Origin: Alphaproteobacteria bacterium
GTDB taxonomy: Bacteria; Pseudomonadota; Alphaproteobacteria; SP197
Assembly (NCBI GenBank): GCA_965228895.1
Contig: OZ245842.1
Location: 5,152,001-5,216,000, forward strand
Length of the DNA: 64,000 nucleotides
Direction of reading: 5' to 3'
Shown here in pieces: positions 27,507 through 36,868 of the stretch (positions within the stretch are counted from its first letter, which is position 1; each line of letters begins with the position of its first letter). The notes beneath the pieces are model-generated. The model was not told where the DNA came from and did no database searches. It worked only from the letters and a program-made list of their open reading frames with translations. The position numbers and the translations under genes were made by a program.

Positions 27507-28195
27507 CGATGCCGCCGCGTTTTGCCGTTTCGATGCGTGTTCAATCGGCGGTCGGTTACTACGAACCGCGCGACGCGATTAGTCATGATTGGCTTGATCA
27601 GATCCGTGCCTGGGGTGGCTCGCCGCTACCGGTCCCTAATCTGGAGAAGCACGTCGACGTCTGGCTCGCCGATTTGAAGCCTGCTGTTTTGATTTTGACC
27701 GGTGGCAACGATGTCATCCTTCGCAATGACCAGCCTGACGATCGCTCACCGGTACGCGATGCCACGGAGTTTGCTTCTATCGATTGGGCGCGCCGCCACG
27801 ATGTGCCGATCTTTGCGACCTGCCGCGGCCTCCACGTGTTGAACCAGTATTTTGGCGGCAGCGTCCATGACATTTCCAACGCCGGCAGTCACGTTGCACG
27901 AGATCACGATGTGCGACTTTTTCCGCCGCTCTCAACGCTCGCCGGTGCTGACACTGTGACCGTAAACTCGTTTCACAACCTGGGCATCGGCGAGGACGAA
28001 GTCGGTGACGGTCTGACCATTTGTGCGATGTCGCAAGCCGACGGCCTCGTAGAAGCCGTGGTTCATGACAGTGAACCGATTGCCGCACTTCAATGGCACC
28101 CCGAGCGACGGCGAGGGGACAAAATCGGTGTCGATGACACGTTGTTTTGTCGCCTGTCGTCCGAGGGGGCATTCTGGAGGGATGCGATCGTATGA
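27503..28195 (+). CDS. gamma-glutamyl-CDP-amidate hydrolase (Cj1417-like; peptidase C26 / class I GATase)
   Basis: 'ILTGGND', nucleophile 'TCRGL', 'VNSFHN', 'QWHPER'; follows the glutamine kinase. Confidence 0.82.
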   Translation: MTMPPRFAVSMRVQSAVGYYEPRDAISHDWLDQIRAWGGSPLPVPNLEKHVDVWLADLKPAVLILTGGNDVILRNDQPDDRSPVRDATEFASIDWARRHDVPIFATCRGLHVLNQYFGGSVHDISNAGSHVARDHDVRLFPPLSTLAGADTVTVNSFHNLGIGEDEVGDGLTICAMSQADGLVEAVVHDSEPIAALQWHPERRRGDKIGVDDTLFCRLSSEGAFWRDAIV

Positions 28196-28992
28196 AGGCT
28201 CTTATTGTTGCGGCGGGCCGGGGATCGCGTCTTGGCGACCTCAGCGACCAAACGCCGAAGTGCCTCACGCCTTTTGCCGGGTCGCGCTTGTTGGATATGC
28301 AACTGGGTGTTCTGCGTGGTGCCGGTCTCGACAATATACACTTGGTCAGAGGTTACCTCGGCGAACAGTTGGATGGATTGGGCCTCAGCCTGTGGGACAA
28401 TCCCGATTGGGCCTCGACAAACATGGTGGCGTCGATGCTGTGCGCCCGCCCGTTGCTCGAGGAGGACGATGACCTGATCGTGGCCTATGGCGACATCGTC
28501 TACGAGCGTCGCGTTTTGCAGGCGCTCTTGAACGATAGGAGCGGCGCCGGAGTTGTCGTCGACCGAAAGTGGCTCGATCTATGGAACCTGCGGAGCGATT
28601 CGCCGCTGGCGGATGCGGAAAGCCTGCGACTTGATCAGGCCGGCAACATCATCGACATCGGCAAGAAGGTCTCCGGTCTTGAGGAAATCGAGGCCCAGTA
28701 TATCGGCCTGATGCGATTCTCCGCCGACACCCGGTCTCAGCTGCTTGGCCTGCTTGATCAGGCGCAAGGGACGACCGACGGCGTCAACGGTAAGCCTGTC
28801 GAAAACTGCTACATGACCGACCTGCTTCAGGCCTATGTCGACATCGGTGGCCTTCTTCATGCGGTGCCGATAGACGGCGGCTGGCTCGAATTCGATACGG
28901 CCGACGATATTGCCCGCTATGCTGAACAGATACGCGGCGGATCCATGGCAAGTTACTGTGATGTCGAGACGTTGGCCGCAGAACAGGCATGA
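28192..28992 (+). CDS. CTP:phosphoglutamine cytidylyltransferase (Cj1416/LicC-like)
   Basis: 'AAGRGSRL', 'PKCL', 'TNMVASM', 'YGDIVY', 'ESL', 'QYIGL', 'WLEFDT..D'. Confidence 0.85.
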   Translation: MKALIVAAGRGSRLGDLSDQTPKCLTPFAGSRLLDMQLGVLRGAGLDNIHLVRGYLGEQLDGLGLSLWDNPDWASTNMVASMLCARPLLEEDDDLIVAYGDIVYERRVLQALLNDRSGAGVVVDRKWLDLWNLRSDSPLADAESLRLDQAGNIIDIGKKVSGLEEIEAQYIGLMRFSADTRSQLLGLLDQAQGTTDGVNGKPVENCYMTDLLQAYVDIGGLLHAVPIDGGWLEFDTADDIARYAEQIRGGSMASYCDVETLAAEQA

Positions 28993-29011
28993 CCGGACGC
29001 GTTGGATAATC

Positions 29012-30250
29012 TTGGCGGGACTGATTGAAGGTGTGGCGATCGCCGTTGTCGTGCTTGTCGTCGTGGAAGCGACGACGTGGCTCGCGGTGTTTCGATTCCG
29101 TCGCGGATTTCCCTGGCTCATTACGCCTCGGGATATCGAGCCGACGATCGATCGGGAGGTCGTTCAGAAGTACGCCCGCGTCAGCTTCGATGCCGATCTC
29201 GGCTGGTGCCGGAAACCGGGAACCCGTGGCGTCGACTCGTCACCCGAAGGTGATGCCAGCTTTTCGATTGATCAGAATGGCGCCCGAAGGAACCCTGAAT
29301 TTGAGGGCGCGGAACCTTATGTCGCAGTCTACGGTGATTCCTACGCCTTTTGTCGCTTGGTCAACGACAACGAAACATGGCCGCATCGATTGTCCGTCAT
29401 GCTCCAGCGCAATGTCGGCAACTTCGGCGTTGGCAATTACGGCTTGGATCAGGCGCTGCTTCGCTATGAGCGCGAAGCCGCAGACCTGGCTGCGCGCGTC
29501 GTCATTCTGGCAGTTGTGCCAGAAACGGTGGCCAGGGTTCACTCCTATTGGAAGCACTATTTCGAGTACGGCAACACGCTGGCGTTCAAGCCCATGTTTG
29601 TGTTGAAGGACGATGACTTGGACCATCTTGCGCCTGCGGTTTCGTGTGCCGAGGACATTGTCGAGCCGACACGCTGGCGCGACAACGTTCGGCGCCTTGA
29701 CCGGTTTTACAAGGAGAAGTTCCTGCCTGACGTGATCCGTTTCCCCGCCATTGTCTCGATCCTCGGACGGTTTTCGCGACATGGGCGCATTCTAGGGATT
29801 CTGCTGCGGGGTGCCTTGTTCGGTCATTCCCAAGATGCGCGTCGGCGTGCCTTTGATGTTGTTCTCGACGAGAACCACAGGCATCAATGTCGCTTGTTCG
29901 CCGATTCCCACGCAACCAAACTCCTGACGTTGATTACCCGGCGCTTTGCTGATGTTTGCGAGGCTCACGGTTCGATACCCAGATTGGTAATCATCCCGCA
30001 ACCCCGCGACTTGAAGGATTACGTGGACCAGAGATGCGCCCACGAGAGTTTCCTGCGAGGTCTAAGCGATGTCGTGCCGGTGCTTGATCTTACGGCGACG
30101 CTTGCGCGCGAGGGCGACCGCATTGCGATATACAAGGAGGGAAATCTGGGCCCCCACACCAGCGCCGCCGCCAACGATGTAATCGCCTCTGAGATCTACC
30201 AATGGCTCGATGGTGACGGATTGCTTTCAGCCCAGGCAAACGGTTCATAA
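29012..30250 (+). CDS. Membrane-anchored SGNH/GDSL hydrolase-family protein
   Basis: N-terminal TM; block I 'YGDSYAF', 'NFGVGNYGLDQ', C-terminal 'GPHTSAAAN'. Start uncertain (28961, 29012 or 29033). Confidence 0.75.
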   Translation: MAGLIEGVAIAVVVLVVVEATTWLAVFRFRRGFPWLITPRDIEPTIDREVVQKYARVSFDADLGWCRKPGTRGVDSSPEGDASFSIDQNGARRNPEFEGAEPYVAVYGDSYAFCRLVNDNETWPHRLSVMLQRNVGNFGVGNYGLDQALLRYEREAADLAARVVILAVVPETVARVHSYWKHYFEYGNTLAFKPMFVLKDDDLDHLAPAVSCAEDIVEPTRWRDNVRRLDRFYKEKFLPDVIRFPAIVSILGRFSRHGRILGILLRGALFGHSQDARRRAFDVVLDENHRHQCRLFADSHATKLLTLITRRFADVCEAHGSIPRLVIIPQPRDLKDYVDQRCAHESFLRGLSDVVPVLDLTATLAREGDRIAIYKEGNLGPHTSAAANDVIASEIYQWLDGDGLLSAQANGS

Positions 30251-30253
30251 TGG

Positions 30254-32086
30254 ATGGGCGTTAACGGCATGGCGACCAGCAACACACGCCTCGCGCTTTC
30301 GAAGTTCAAGGAATTTTGTCGCAACGCGCTTGTCCCACCGGCGATATGGAGCTGGCTTGCCGCATCGGCGCAGGCGCTGCGTCGCAGGACAAAACCGGAC
30401 CATAAGAGCAAGACCCAGTTTCCCTATGTCTGGGACGGCGACGCGTTTGAACTCAAGCATGCCCTGCGTCACATCGAACTTACGGATGAAGTACCGGCGG
30501 TCGGCATCACGCGAGGCCGCGATACGCGGCCTTCGGTCGAGATCTTCAAAGGACGAGGCGTGACACTTGGTCCTTTTCCTGCCGACACGAAGTCGGTGGC
30601 GTTGGCGGTCGCGCAAGACAGAATGGATCTTCCCTACAGCGACTTGACCGTGATGCTCAACGGACAGGTGGTGACGGAGATCAAGGGGTCGCTGATTGCC
30701 GAAACCTGGAACAACTTCCGGCTGCCGATTGCTGATCCATTAAGCGCTGTAACGCTGGAGCTGACCTGGACCGGAGAGCGTCTGTTCCTGTCGGAGCCGG
30801 TGCCTGAACGCGGCATGTCGACAAGCGACAGTCAGAGGCCGAACTTCATCGTGTTGGTGCTCGATTCAATGGTTCCGGAAACTGTCGGCAGTATGTCGGG
30901 CGCTTCGCCAGACGAGTCGTTCACGCCGCACATTGATCGCTATTTCCGCGACGGCCGTCTCTACACGAACGCCTATAGCCAGAGCGAATACACCATGCCT
31001 TCGCTCGCCACCATGATGACGGGGCTCTATCCCATTCAACATGGTGTTTTTACCCATGATCGATGCCAGCGCACTATTCCGCCGCAAACGCCAACGTTGG
31101 CGGAGTTTCTGCAAGAGGCGGGTTATCGCACATTCTGCTATTCGACCGGCCGCCGGTTTGTGCCGCCCTATGGACACTACCGCGGGTTCGAGCGGTTTCA
31201 TTTTCACAATCAAAGCCTGACGCTTACTTCCGACACGGTCGTCGACCGGGCCATGGAGTTTATCGAAACACATAAGAGCTCGCCGACATTCTGTTTTCTC
31301 CACATCATCGATCCGCATCCCCCGTTTGCGCTGCCGACATACTTCTCCGAGCTGAACTCGGGCGCCATGCGATGGGGCGACAGCCGCAGCCTCTACGACG
31401 CCTTCAAGCTGCATCGCGACAGCCGCGAACGTGTCGCCGAACTGCGAGAAATGGAACGGGTTATGGTGCGAAACCTGGATTTCATTCTCGGCAAGCTGTT
31501 CGCCTATCTGGAGCGCGAAGGGCTGGACGAGAAGACACACGTCATGATTCTCGCCGATCACGGTCGCGAATACATGAAGGGTTCGCCGCTGCTGACACGG
31601 CGTTTGACACATATCCCGTTTCTGCTTTCCGGCCCGGGCGTCAGCTCGGGGATGTGTGACAAATTTATTGAGCCGCCGGTGGACCTCTACCCTTCAATCG
31701 CAGCATTGTCGGGTCTTGCGCCGCCGCCTCATCTCGCTGGGCGCGATGTTGTCGATCCGAAAGCCGGTTACCGTGAGGTCTGCCTCTCTGAATCGTTGTT
31801 CCGTTTCAGCGGCGAAATCGCTTTGCGTACAGACGACCGGATCTATGCGCTGCGTTTTCCGTTGGATGATTACGAAGGCAAAGGTGACCTTGACGCTCCG
31901 GAAGGCGAATGGCTCTTCCGTCGCGACCCCGTAACCAAGGACGAAGCAAGCGAGGAAAATCTGATCGACAGCGAACCTGAGCGCGTCGACGAGTTTCGTC
32001 GCCTGGCGCGTACACACTATGACGGCATCGATAGGTATTTCTCGAACGACAACGTGATCGCATCAACAAGGGAGTACCCGAGATAG
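30254..32086 (+). CDS. Sulfatase-like / alkaline-phosphatase-superfamily hydrolase-transferase with non-canonical nucleophile motif
   Basis: 'PNFIVLVLDS', 'TPHID', 'YTMPSLATMMTGLYP', 'HIIDPHPP', 'ADHG', 'HIPF'; lacks C/SxPxR. Confidence 0.8.
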   Translation: MGVNGMATSNTRLALSKFKEFCRNALVPPAIWSWLAASAQALRRRTKPDHKSKTQFPYVWDGDAFELKHALRHIELTDEVPAVGITRGRDTRPSVEIFKGRGVTLGPFPADTKSVALAVAQDRMDLPYSDLTVMLNGQVVTEIKGSLIAETWNNFRLPIADPLSAVTLELTWTGERLFLSEPVPERGMSTSDSQRPNFIVLVLDSMVPETVGSMSGASPDESFTPHIDRYFRDGRLYTNAYSQSEYTMPSLATMMTGLYPIQHGVFTHDRCQRTIPPQTPTLAEFLQEAGYRTFCYSTGRRFVPPYGHYRGFERFHFHNQSLTLTSDTVVDRAMEFIETHKSSPTFCFLHIIDPHPPFALPTYFSELNSGAMRWGDSRSLYDAFKLHRDSRERVAELREMERVMVRNLDFILGKLFAYLEREGLDEKTHVMILADHGREYMKGSPLLTRRLTHIPFLLSGPGVSSGMCDKFIEPPVDLYPSIAALSGLAPPPHLAGRDVVDPKAGYREVCLSESLFRFSGEIALRTDDRIYALRFPLDDYEGKGDLDAPEGEWLFRRDPVTKDEASEENLIDSEPERVDEFRRLARTHYDGIDRYFSNDNVIASTREYPR

Positions 32087-32111
32087 TGTCGTCTGGCCGG
32101 CAGCTTGCGTC

Positions 32112-32642
32112 ATGATCATCTGGTTGATCGGCATGTCGGGCGCCGGCAAGACGACCATTGGGCGCGGTGTCTGGCAACGCTGGCGGGTACGCGACCAAGC
32201 CACGTTGTTCTTGGATGGCGATACGTTGCGCGATGTCTGGGGCGACCAGTTGTCTCACGACATCGAGGGACGCGCGCGCAATGCACATCGGATTTCGCAT
32301 TTGTGTCGGATGCTTGATGAACAAGGAATCAATGCCGTCGCAGCGGTCTTGTCGATCTTCCCCGAATGGCAGGCGTGGAACCGGCAGACATTCTCATCCT
32401 ATTATGAGGTGTTCATCGATCTGCCGATGTCCGTGTTGCAGGCGCGTGATCCCAAGGGTATTTACGCCGCCCAAGAGCGTGGCGAAATGACGAATGTCGT
32501 CGGTTGTGACATCCCGTTTCCGCGCCCACCGAAACCTGACTTGATCCTTGATGAACATGACATGTTGGCGCCGCCGGAAGAGCTTGCTGCTCGGATACTG
32601 CGGGAGTCCGGCGTTATGCCCGACGCGCATGGAGCGCCATGA
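32112..32642 (+). CDS. CysC-like kinase, probable cytidine diphosphoramidate 3'-kinase (Cj1415-like)
   Basis: 'GMSGAGKTT', 'LDGD..R', 'RDPKGIY', 'NVVGCDIPF..P'; near Cj1418/17/16 homologs with no cysN/cysD in the window. Confidence 0.8.
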   Translation: MIIWLIGMSGAGKTTIGRGVWQRWRVRDQATLFLDGDTLRDVWGDQLSHDIEGRARNAHRISHLCRMLDEQGINAVAAVLSIFPEWQAWNRQTFSSYYEVFIDLPMSVLQARDPKGIYAAQERGEMTNVVGCDIPFPRPPKPDLILDEHDMLAPPEELAARILRESGVMPDAHGAP

Positions 32643-32681
32643 TGGCGTACGTTTTGTTTTGAGCCGAATGGAGAAGGCTTC

Positions 32682-33761
32682 TTGAAAGTAAAAATCTTTG
32701 GAGCCGGCTCGATCGGTAACCATCTGGCACACGCTTCGCGAAGCCTGGATTGGCACGTCGATGTCGTCGACATTGATCCTGCCGCCTTGGCGCGCATGCG
32801 CGAGGAGATCTATCCCGGCCGCTATGGTGCCTGGGATGACGCCATCAGCCAGTTTGACCCACAGGACGCGCCCTCGGACGGTTACGGCCTCATCATCATC
32901 GGTACGCCGCCGGATCACCATGTCGCCTTAGCGCGCCAAGCCATTGCTGAAAAGCCGACCGCCCTGCTGATTGAAAAGCCGCTGTCGACACCCGACCTGG
33001 AAGGCCTGGCGGAACTGCATGCTGAGGCACGCGATGCCGGTGTCGCCGTCTTTACCGGCTACGACCACGTTGTCGGCGAGGCAAGCAGCCAGATGAGCCA
33101 GGCGCTGTCGACGGGATCGCTGGGGGTGCTGCAGACCCTGGATGTCGAGTTTCGGGAGCACTGGGGCGGCATCTTCGCGGCCCATCCCTGGCTCGCCGGT
33201 CCGACCGATACCTATCTGGGTTTTTGGCGGCGTGGCGGCGGCGCCAGCGGTGAACACTCTCATGCTGCCAATCTTTGGCAGCACTTCGCCCACGAAGCGG
33301 GTGAGGGCCACGTGACCGATGTTGCCGCGACGCTCGATTACATCGACGACGATGGCGCCGATTATGACCGGCTATGTCTGTTGAACTTGACCACCGAAAC
33401 CGGATTCACGGGCCGGGTCGTGCAGGACGTCGTGACCAAGCCGGCGCGCAAGTGGGCGCGTGCCCAGGGCAGCGCCGGCGCGGCCGAGTGGCGCTGCGGT
33501 TTCGAGCCGGGCCGCGATGCCTTCGTCCCCGAAGGCGCCGAGCCGACGGTCATTGAGAAGACCCGACCTGACGACTTCATCCGCGAACTCCGTCATATTG
33601 CCGACGCAATGACTGCAAACTCTGCGGCGGCCAGCCCGATTTCGCTGGAACGCGGCCTTGATACGATGCTGGTGGTCGCGGCCGCCCATAAATCTCACGC
33701 TGAACGCCGTGTCGTGCGAATCGATCGTTCGTTCGGCTACGGTCCCGACGCCCTTGTCTGA
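32682..33761 (+). CDS. Gfo/Idh/MocA family oxidoreductase
   Basis: 'FGAGSIG', 'GTPPDHH', 'IEKPL', 'GGGASGEHSH'. Confidence 0.88.
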   Translation: MKVKIFGAGSIGNHLAHASRSLDWHVDVVDIDPAALARMREEIYPGRYGAWDDAISQFDPQDAPSDGYGLIIIGTPPDHHVALARQAIAEKPTALLIEKPLSTPDLEGLAELHAEARDAGVAVFTGYDHVVGEASSQMSQALSTGSLGVLQTLDVEFREHWGGIFAAHPWLAGPTDTYLGFWRRGGGASGEHSHAANLWQHFAHEAGEGHVTDVAATLDYIDDDGADYDRLCLLNLTTETGFTGRVVQDVVTKPARKWARAQGSAGAAEWRCGFEPGRDAFVPEGAEPTVIEKTRPDDFIRELRHIADAMTANSAAASPISLERGLDTMLVVAAAHKSHAERRVVRIDRSFGYGPDALV

Positions 33762-33791
33762 ACTTCACTCTGCCGAAACGAGCCTTTTGCC

Positions 33792-35336
33792 ATGATGCCT
33801 CGCGACGAAACACCGTTTGATTTCAATGACTTGTTCATACTGGACTTGGCCAACAACCACCAGGGTGATGTCGAGCACGGGCGCCGCGTCATCCGCGAGC
33901 ACGGGACGGTCATCGCACGCCATGGCGTGCGCGGCGTCATCAAGTTTCAGTTCCGCGATCTCGATAGTTTCATCCACGTCAGCCATCTGGAGAGCAGCGA
34001 CAACAAACACGTGCCTCGCTTCCTCAGCACGCGGCTCGATCGCGAAGGTTTTCAGGCACTGTTGGACGAGGTTCGCGCTCAAGGCTTGTTGGCGGCTTGT
34101 ACGCCGTTCGACGAAAATTCGGTCGGCGTCATCGAAGACATGGGTTTTGACATCATCAAGATTGCGAGTTGCTCGGCAAAGGATTGGCCGCTTCTGGAGC
34201 GCATAGCCGATTCTGCCCGGCCGGTTATCGCGTCGACCGGCGGGCTGCTGCAGTCCGACATGGATGCGCTGGTCAGTTTCCTCGATCATCGCGGCGTCGA
34301 CTTCGCGCTGATGCACTGCGTTTCCGTCTACCCGACGCCCGATGAGATGTGCCATCTCAACAACATCGCGACGATGGTGGAGCGTTACGGCGGCCGCCCG
34401 GTCGGCTGGTCGACCCACGAGGATCCTGCGGACATCGTGCCCGTCGGGCTTGCTCGGGCAAAGGGCGCACGGCTTTTTGAGCGTCATGTCGGCGTGCCGA
34501 CCGACACGATCAAACTCAATGCCTATTCATCGACACCTGAACAGTGTGATGCCTGGGTCGGCGCGTGGCACAAGGCGGGCGCGTTGTTGGGCGAGGCAGA
34601 ACGTCAACCACCAACCGCCGACGAGGCCGTGGCGATTGCTGGTCTAAGTCGTGGCGTCTTTGCCAGGCATGATCTGGAACCCGGCCACACGGTCACCCGT
34701 GACGACGTCTACTTCGCCTTTCCACTGCCCGCGGGCGGACTGGAAAGCGGTCAGTGGCGTGATGGTGTGGTGACGAAAAGTGCGATTGGCGTCGATGACT
34801 CTCTGGCGCTTGACAAGGTCGAGGTTCCGGATCGCTCTGACGTGCAGGTCTTGAAGCAGGCCGTGCACGAGGTAAAGGGGCTGCTCAACAAAGCGCGCGT
34901 CGAACTGGGCAGCGAGTTCGAGGTCGAGTACTCCCATCACTACGGTCCAGCCAATTTTCGCGAGACCGGCGTCGTCATCGTCAATTGCATCAACCGCGAA
35001 TACTGCAAAAAGGTTCTGATCCAGCTCGCCGGTCAGAAGCACCCGTCGCACTTTCACAAACGCAAGGAAGAGACCTTTCATGTTCTGTGGGGCGAGTTGC
35101 ACAGCGAGTTGGATGGACGGGAACGAACGCTGGGTCCCGGTGATACGCTCCTCGTCCTGCCCGGCGTCTGGCATCGGTTCTGGACCGACACCGGCTGCGT
35201 CTTTGAGGAGATTTCAACGACCCACTACAACAACGACTCGGTCTATCGGGATCCGCAGATCAAGGCCATGGAGCGGTCGGATCGCAAGACCGTGGTCGAC
35301 CACTGGGGTCGGTTCCAGTTGACGGACAGTGCCTAG
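33792..35336 (+). CDS. NeuB-family ulosonate synthase fused to SAF and C-terminal cupin (D-lyxose/mannose isomerase-like)
   Basis: 'DLANNHQG', 'KFQFR', 'TPFDE', 'KIASCS', 'HCVSVYPT', 'GWSTHE', 'FERH'; SAF region; cupin 'HPSHFHKRKEETF...WHRF...EEIST'. Confidence 0.88.
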   Translation: MMPRDETPFDFNDLFILDLANNHQGDVEHGRRVIREHGTVIARHGVRGVIKFQFRDLDSFIHVSHLESSDNKHVPRFLSTRLDREGFQALLDEVRAQGLLAACTPFDENSVGVIEDMGFDIIKIASCSAKDWPLLERIADSARPVIASTGGLLQSDMDALVSFLDHRGVDFALMHCVSVYPTPDEMCHLNNIATMVERYGGRPVGWSTHEDPADIVPVGLARAKGARLFERHVGVPTDTIKLNAYSSTPEQCDAWVGAWHKAGALLGEAERQPPTADEAVAIAGLSRGVFARHDLEPGHTVTRDDVYFAFPLPAGGLESGQWRDGVVTKSAIGVDDSLALDKVEVPDRSDVQVLKQAVHEVKGLLNKARVELGSEFEVEYSHHYGPANFRETGVVIVNCINREYCKKVLIQLAGQKHPSHFHKRKEETFHVLWGELHSELDGRERTLGPGDTLLVLPGVWHRFWTDTGCVFEEISTTHYNNDSVYRDPQIKAMERSDRKTVVDHWGRFQLTDSA

Positions 35337-35344
35337 CCCACGCC

Positions 35345-35983
35345 GTGATCCGTCACCTTGTATTCGATTTTGACGGGACGCTTGTGCCGTCGAACGCCTT
35401 GAAGCGCGATGCCTTTTTCGCCTGCGTCGACCATGTCGAGGGAGCTGCGGCCTTGATACGCAGCATGTTGCTTGTCGACCCGACCCGCGACCGCTACGCG
35501 GTCTTCTCGGAGCTCGCTGAGCACTATCCTGAGTGCGGTGACGCCGACGACTTGGCGTTGGAATACGCAACAATCTGCCACGAACGCATCGTCGCCATGC
35601 TCAAGGACGGTGGACCCGACGAACTTTTTCGATTGCTGCGGGCTAACGGACTGGGACTTCATCTGAGTTCGGGTACGCCGCGCGATGCGTTGGTCGGGAT
35701 CATCCGGGATGCCGGTTGGCAGTCGCTGGTGGACAGTGTCCACGGCGCGCCCACGAGCAAGGCGCAGACATTGCAGGCTTTGATGACGCAACATCGCCTG
35801 GTACCCCAGCAGCTGGCCGTTATCGGCGACGGTGCATCCGACGAGGCCGCGGCCGTAAACGCGGGTTGCCGTTTTCTGCGCGTGGCTGACGATGCCAGCG
35901 ATCTCTACAAGCGCGATGCAGTCGACGCCTTTGCGTTTCTGGCAACGCAGTTGGGGTTGGATCGCTGCGAAACAAGAGTTTGA
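35345..35983 (+). CDS. HAD family phosphatase
   Basis: Motif I 'FDFDGTL', motif II 'SSGTP', motif III 'K', motif IV 'IGDGASD'. Confidence 0.9.
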   Translation: MIRHLVFDFDGTLVPSNALKRDAFFACVDHVEGAAALIRSMLLVDPTRDRYAVFSELAEHYPECGDADDLALEYATICHERIVAMLKDGGPDELFRLLRANGLGLHLSSGTPRDALVGIIRDAGWQSLVDSVHGAPTSKAQTLQALMTQHRLVPQQLAVIGDGASDEAAAVNAGCRFLRVADDASDLYKRDAVDAFAFLATQLGLDRCETRV

Positions 35984-35986
35984 TCA

Positions 35987-36868
35987 GTGATGCCCGGCCC
36001 AGCTGACCTGGCTGCGCGGCTCGTGGCGCCGCTTGGGCGTGACAGCTTCACGTTGCTGCGGTCGGGCGTTCACGATGACCCCGCCATCGACGTTTACATC
36101 AATGAGCAGCGTGACTTTGCCGTGCTCGATCCCATGCCGGTTATGGACTATGGCTCCTACGAGCGGCGCTATGAGAAGCTGGGCCTGAAGACCTATGCCC
36201 GCAGCCTTAGTGGACCTGAGGGACGCCTGAAGAAGATCCGGCATCTCATACCAGAGGGCGGTCGTGCTCTTGAAATTGGCGCGGCGGACGGCTCGTTCCT
36301 GAAACTTGCGAAGCAAGCTTTGCCGGAATGCGCGTTCAGCGCCGTGGAGCCGGACCAGCACACGAAGCCGGCGCGCGATGATCTGCCATGGCTCGTTCAG
36401 TTCGAGACTGTTGGCCATGCGATTGAACAAGGTGTCACGTTCGACCTCGTGATGCTGTTCCACGTGTTCGAGCACGTTTTGGTCCCTGCCGCGTTCTTGG
36501 CTGAGGTGCAGCAGATCCTGGCGCCCGGCGGTGCGCTCTTGATCGAGGTGCCAAGTCTCCACGATCCGCTCTTGTCTCTCTATGAGAACTCAGCCTATCA
36601 AGCCTTCTACTTTCAACGCCAGCACCCCTATGTCTATTCGGCTCCATCGCTTGAGCGCGTGTTGGAGAACGGCGGCTTCACGACCCGCCGCGTCATCTCC
36701 TATCAGCGTTATGGGCTCGAGAACCATTTGCAGTGGCTAGCCAAAGGCAGTCCAGGCGGGAACGAACGCTATCGTGCTCTGTTTGCTGAAAGCGATGCTT
36801 CCTATCGCGCGGCATTGGAGGCGGCCGGCACGACTGACACGGTCATCGTCGAGGCGGTTGTCTCATGA
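35987..36868 (+). CDS. Class I SAM-dependent methyltransferase
   Basis: 'LEIGAADG', 'VEPD', 'FHVFEH', 'LAPGGALLIEVP', 'QRYGLENHLQWL..G.PGG'. Confidence 0.85.
   Translation: MMPGPADLAARLVAPLGRDSFTLLRSGVHDDPAIDVYINEQRDFAVLDPMPVMDYGSYERRYEKLGLKTYARSLSGPEGRLKKIRHLIPEGGRALEIGAADGSFLKLAKQALPECAFSAVEPDQHTKPARDDLPWLVQFETVGHAIEQGVTFDLVMLFHVFEHVLVPAAFLAEVQQILAPGGALLIEVPSLHDPLLSLYENSAYQAFYFQRQHPYVYSAPSLERVLENGGFTTRRVISYQRYGLENHLQWLAKGSPGGNERYRALFAESDASYRAALEAAGTTDTVIVEAVVS

Noticed and set aside
28989-29009. Possible frameshift at the start of the SGNH gene (ATG overlapping the upstream stop reads only 6 codons)
   Set aside because: In-frame ATG/TTG/GTG starts at 28961, 29012 and 29033 give an intact protein; no slippery tract is seen.
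32112-32642. cysC plus sulfatase as a glycan sulfation system
   Set aside because: No ATP sulfurylase or sulfotransferase is visible, the sulfatase-like protein lacks CxPxR, and the Cj1418/17/16 context favours the phosphoramidate kinase. Not fully excluded.
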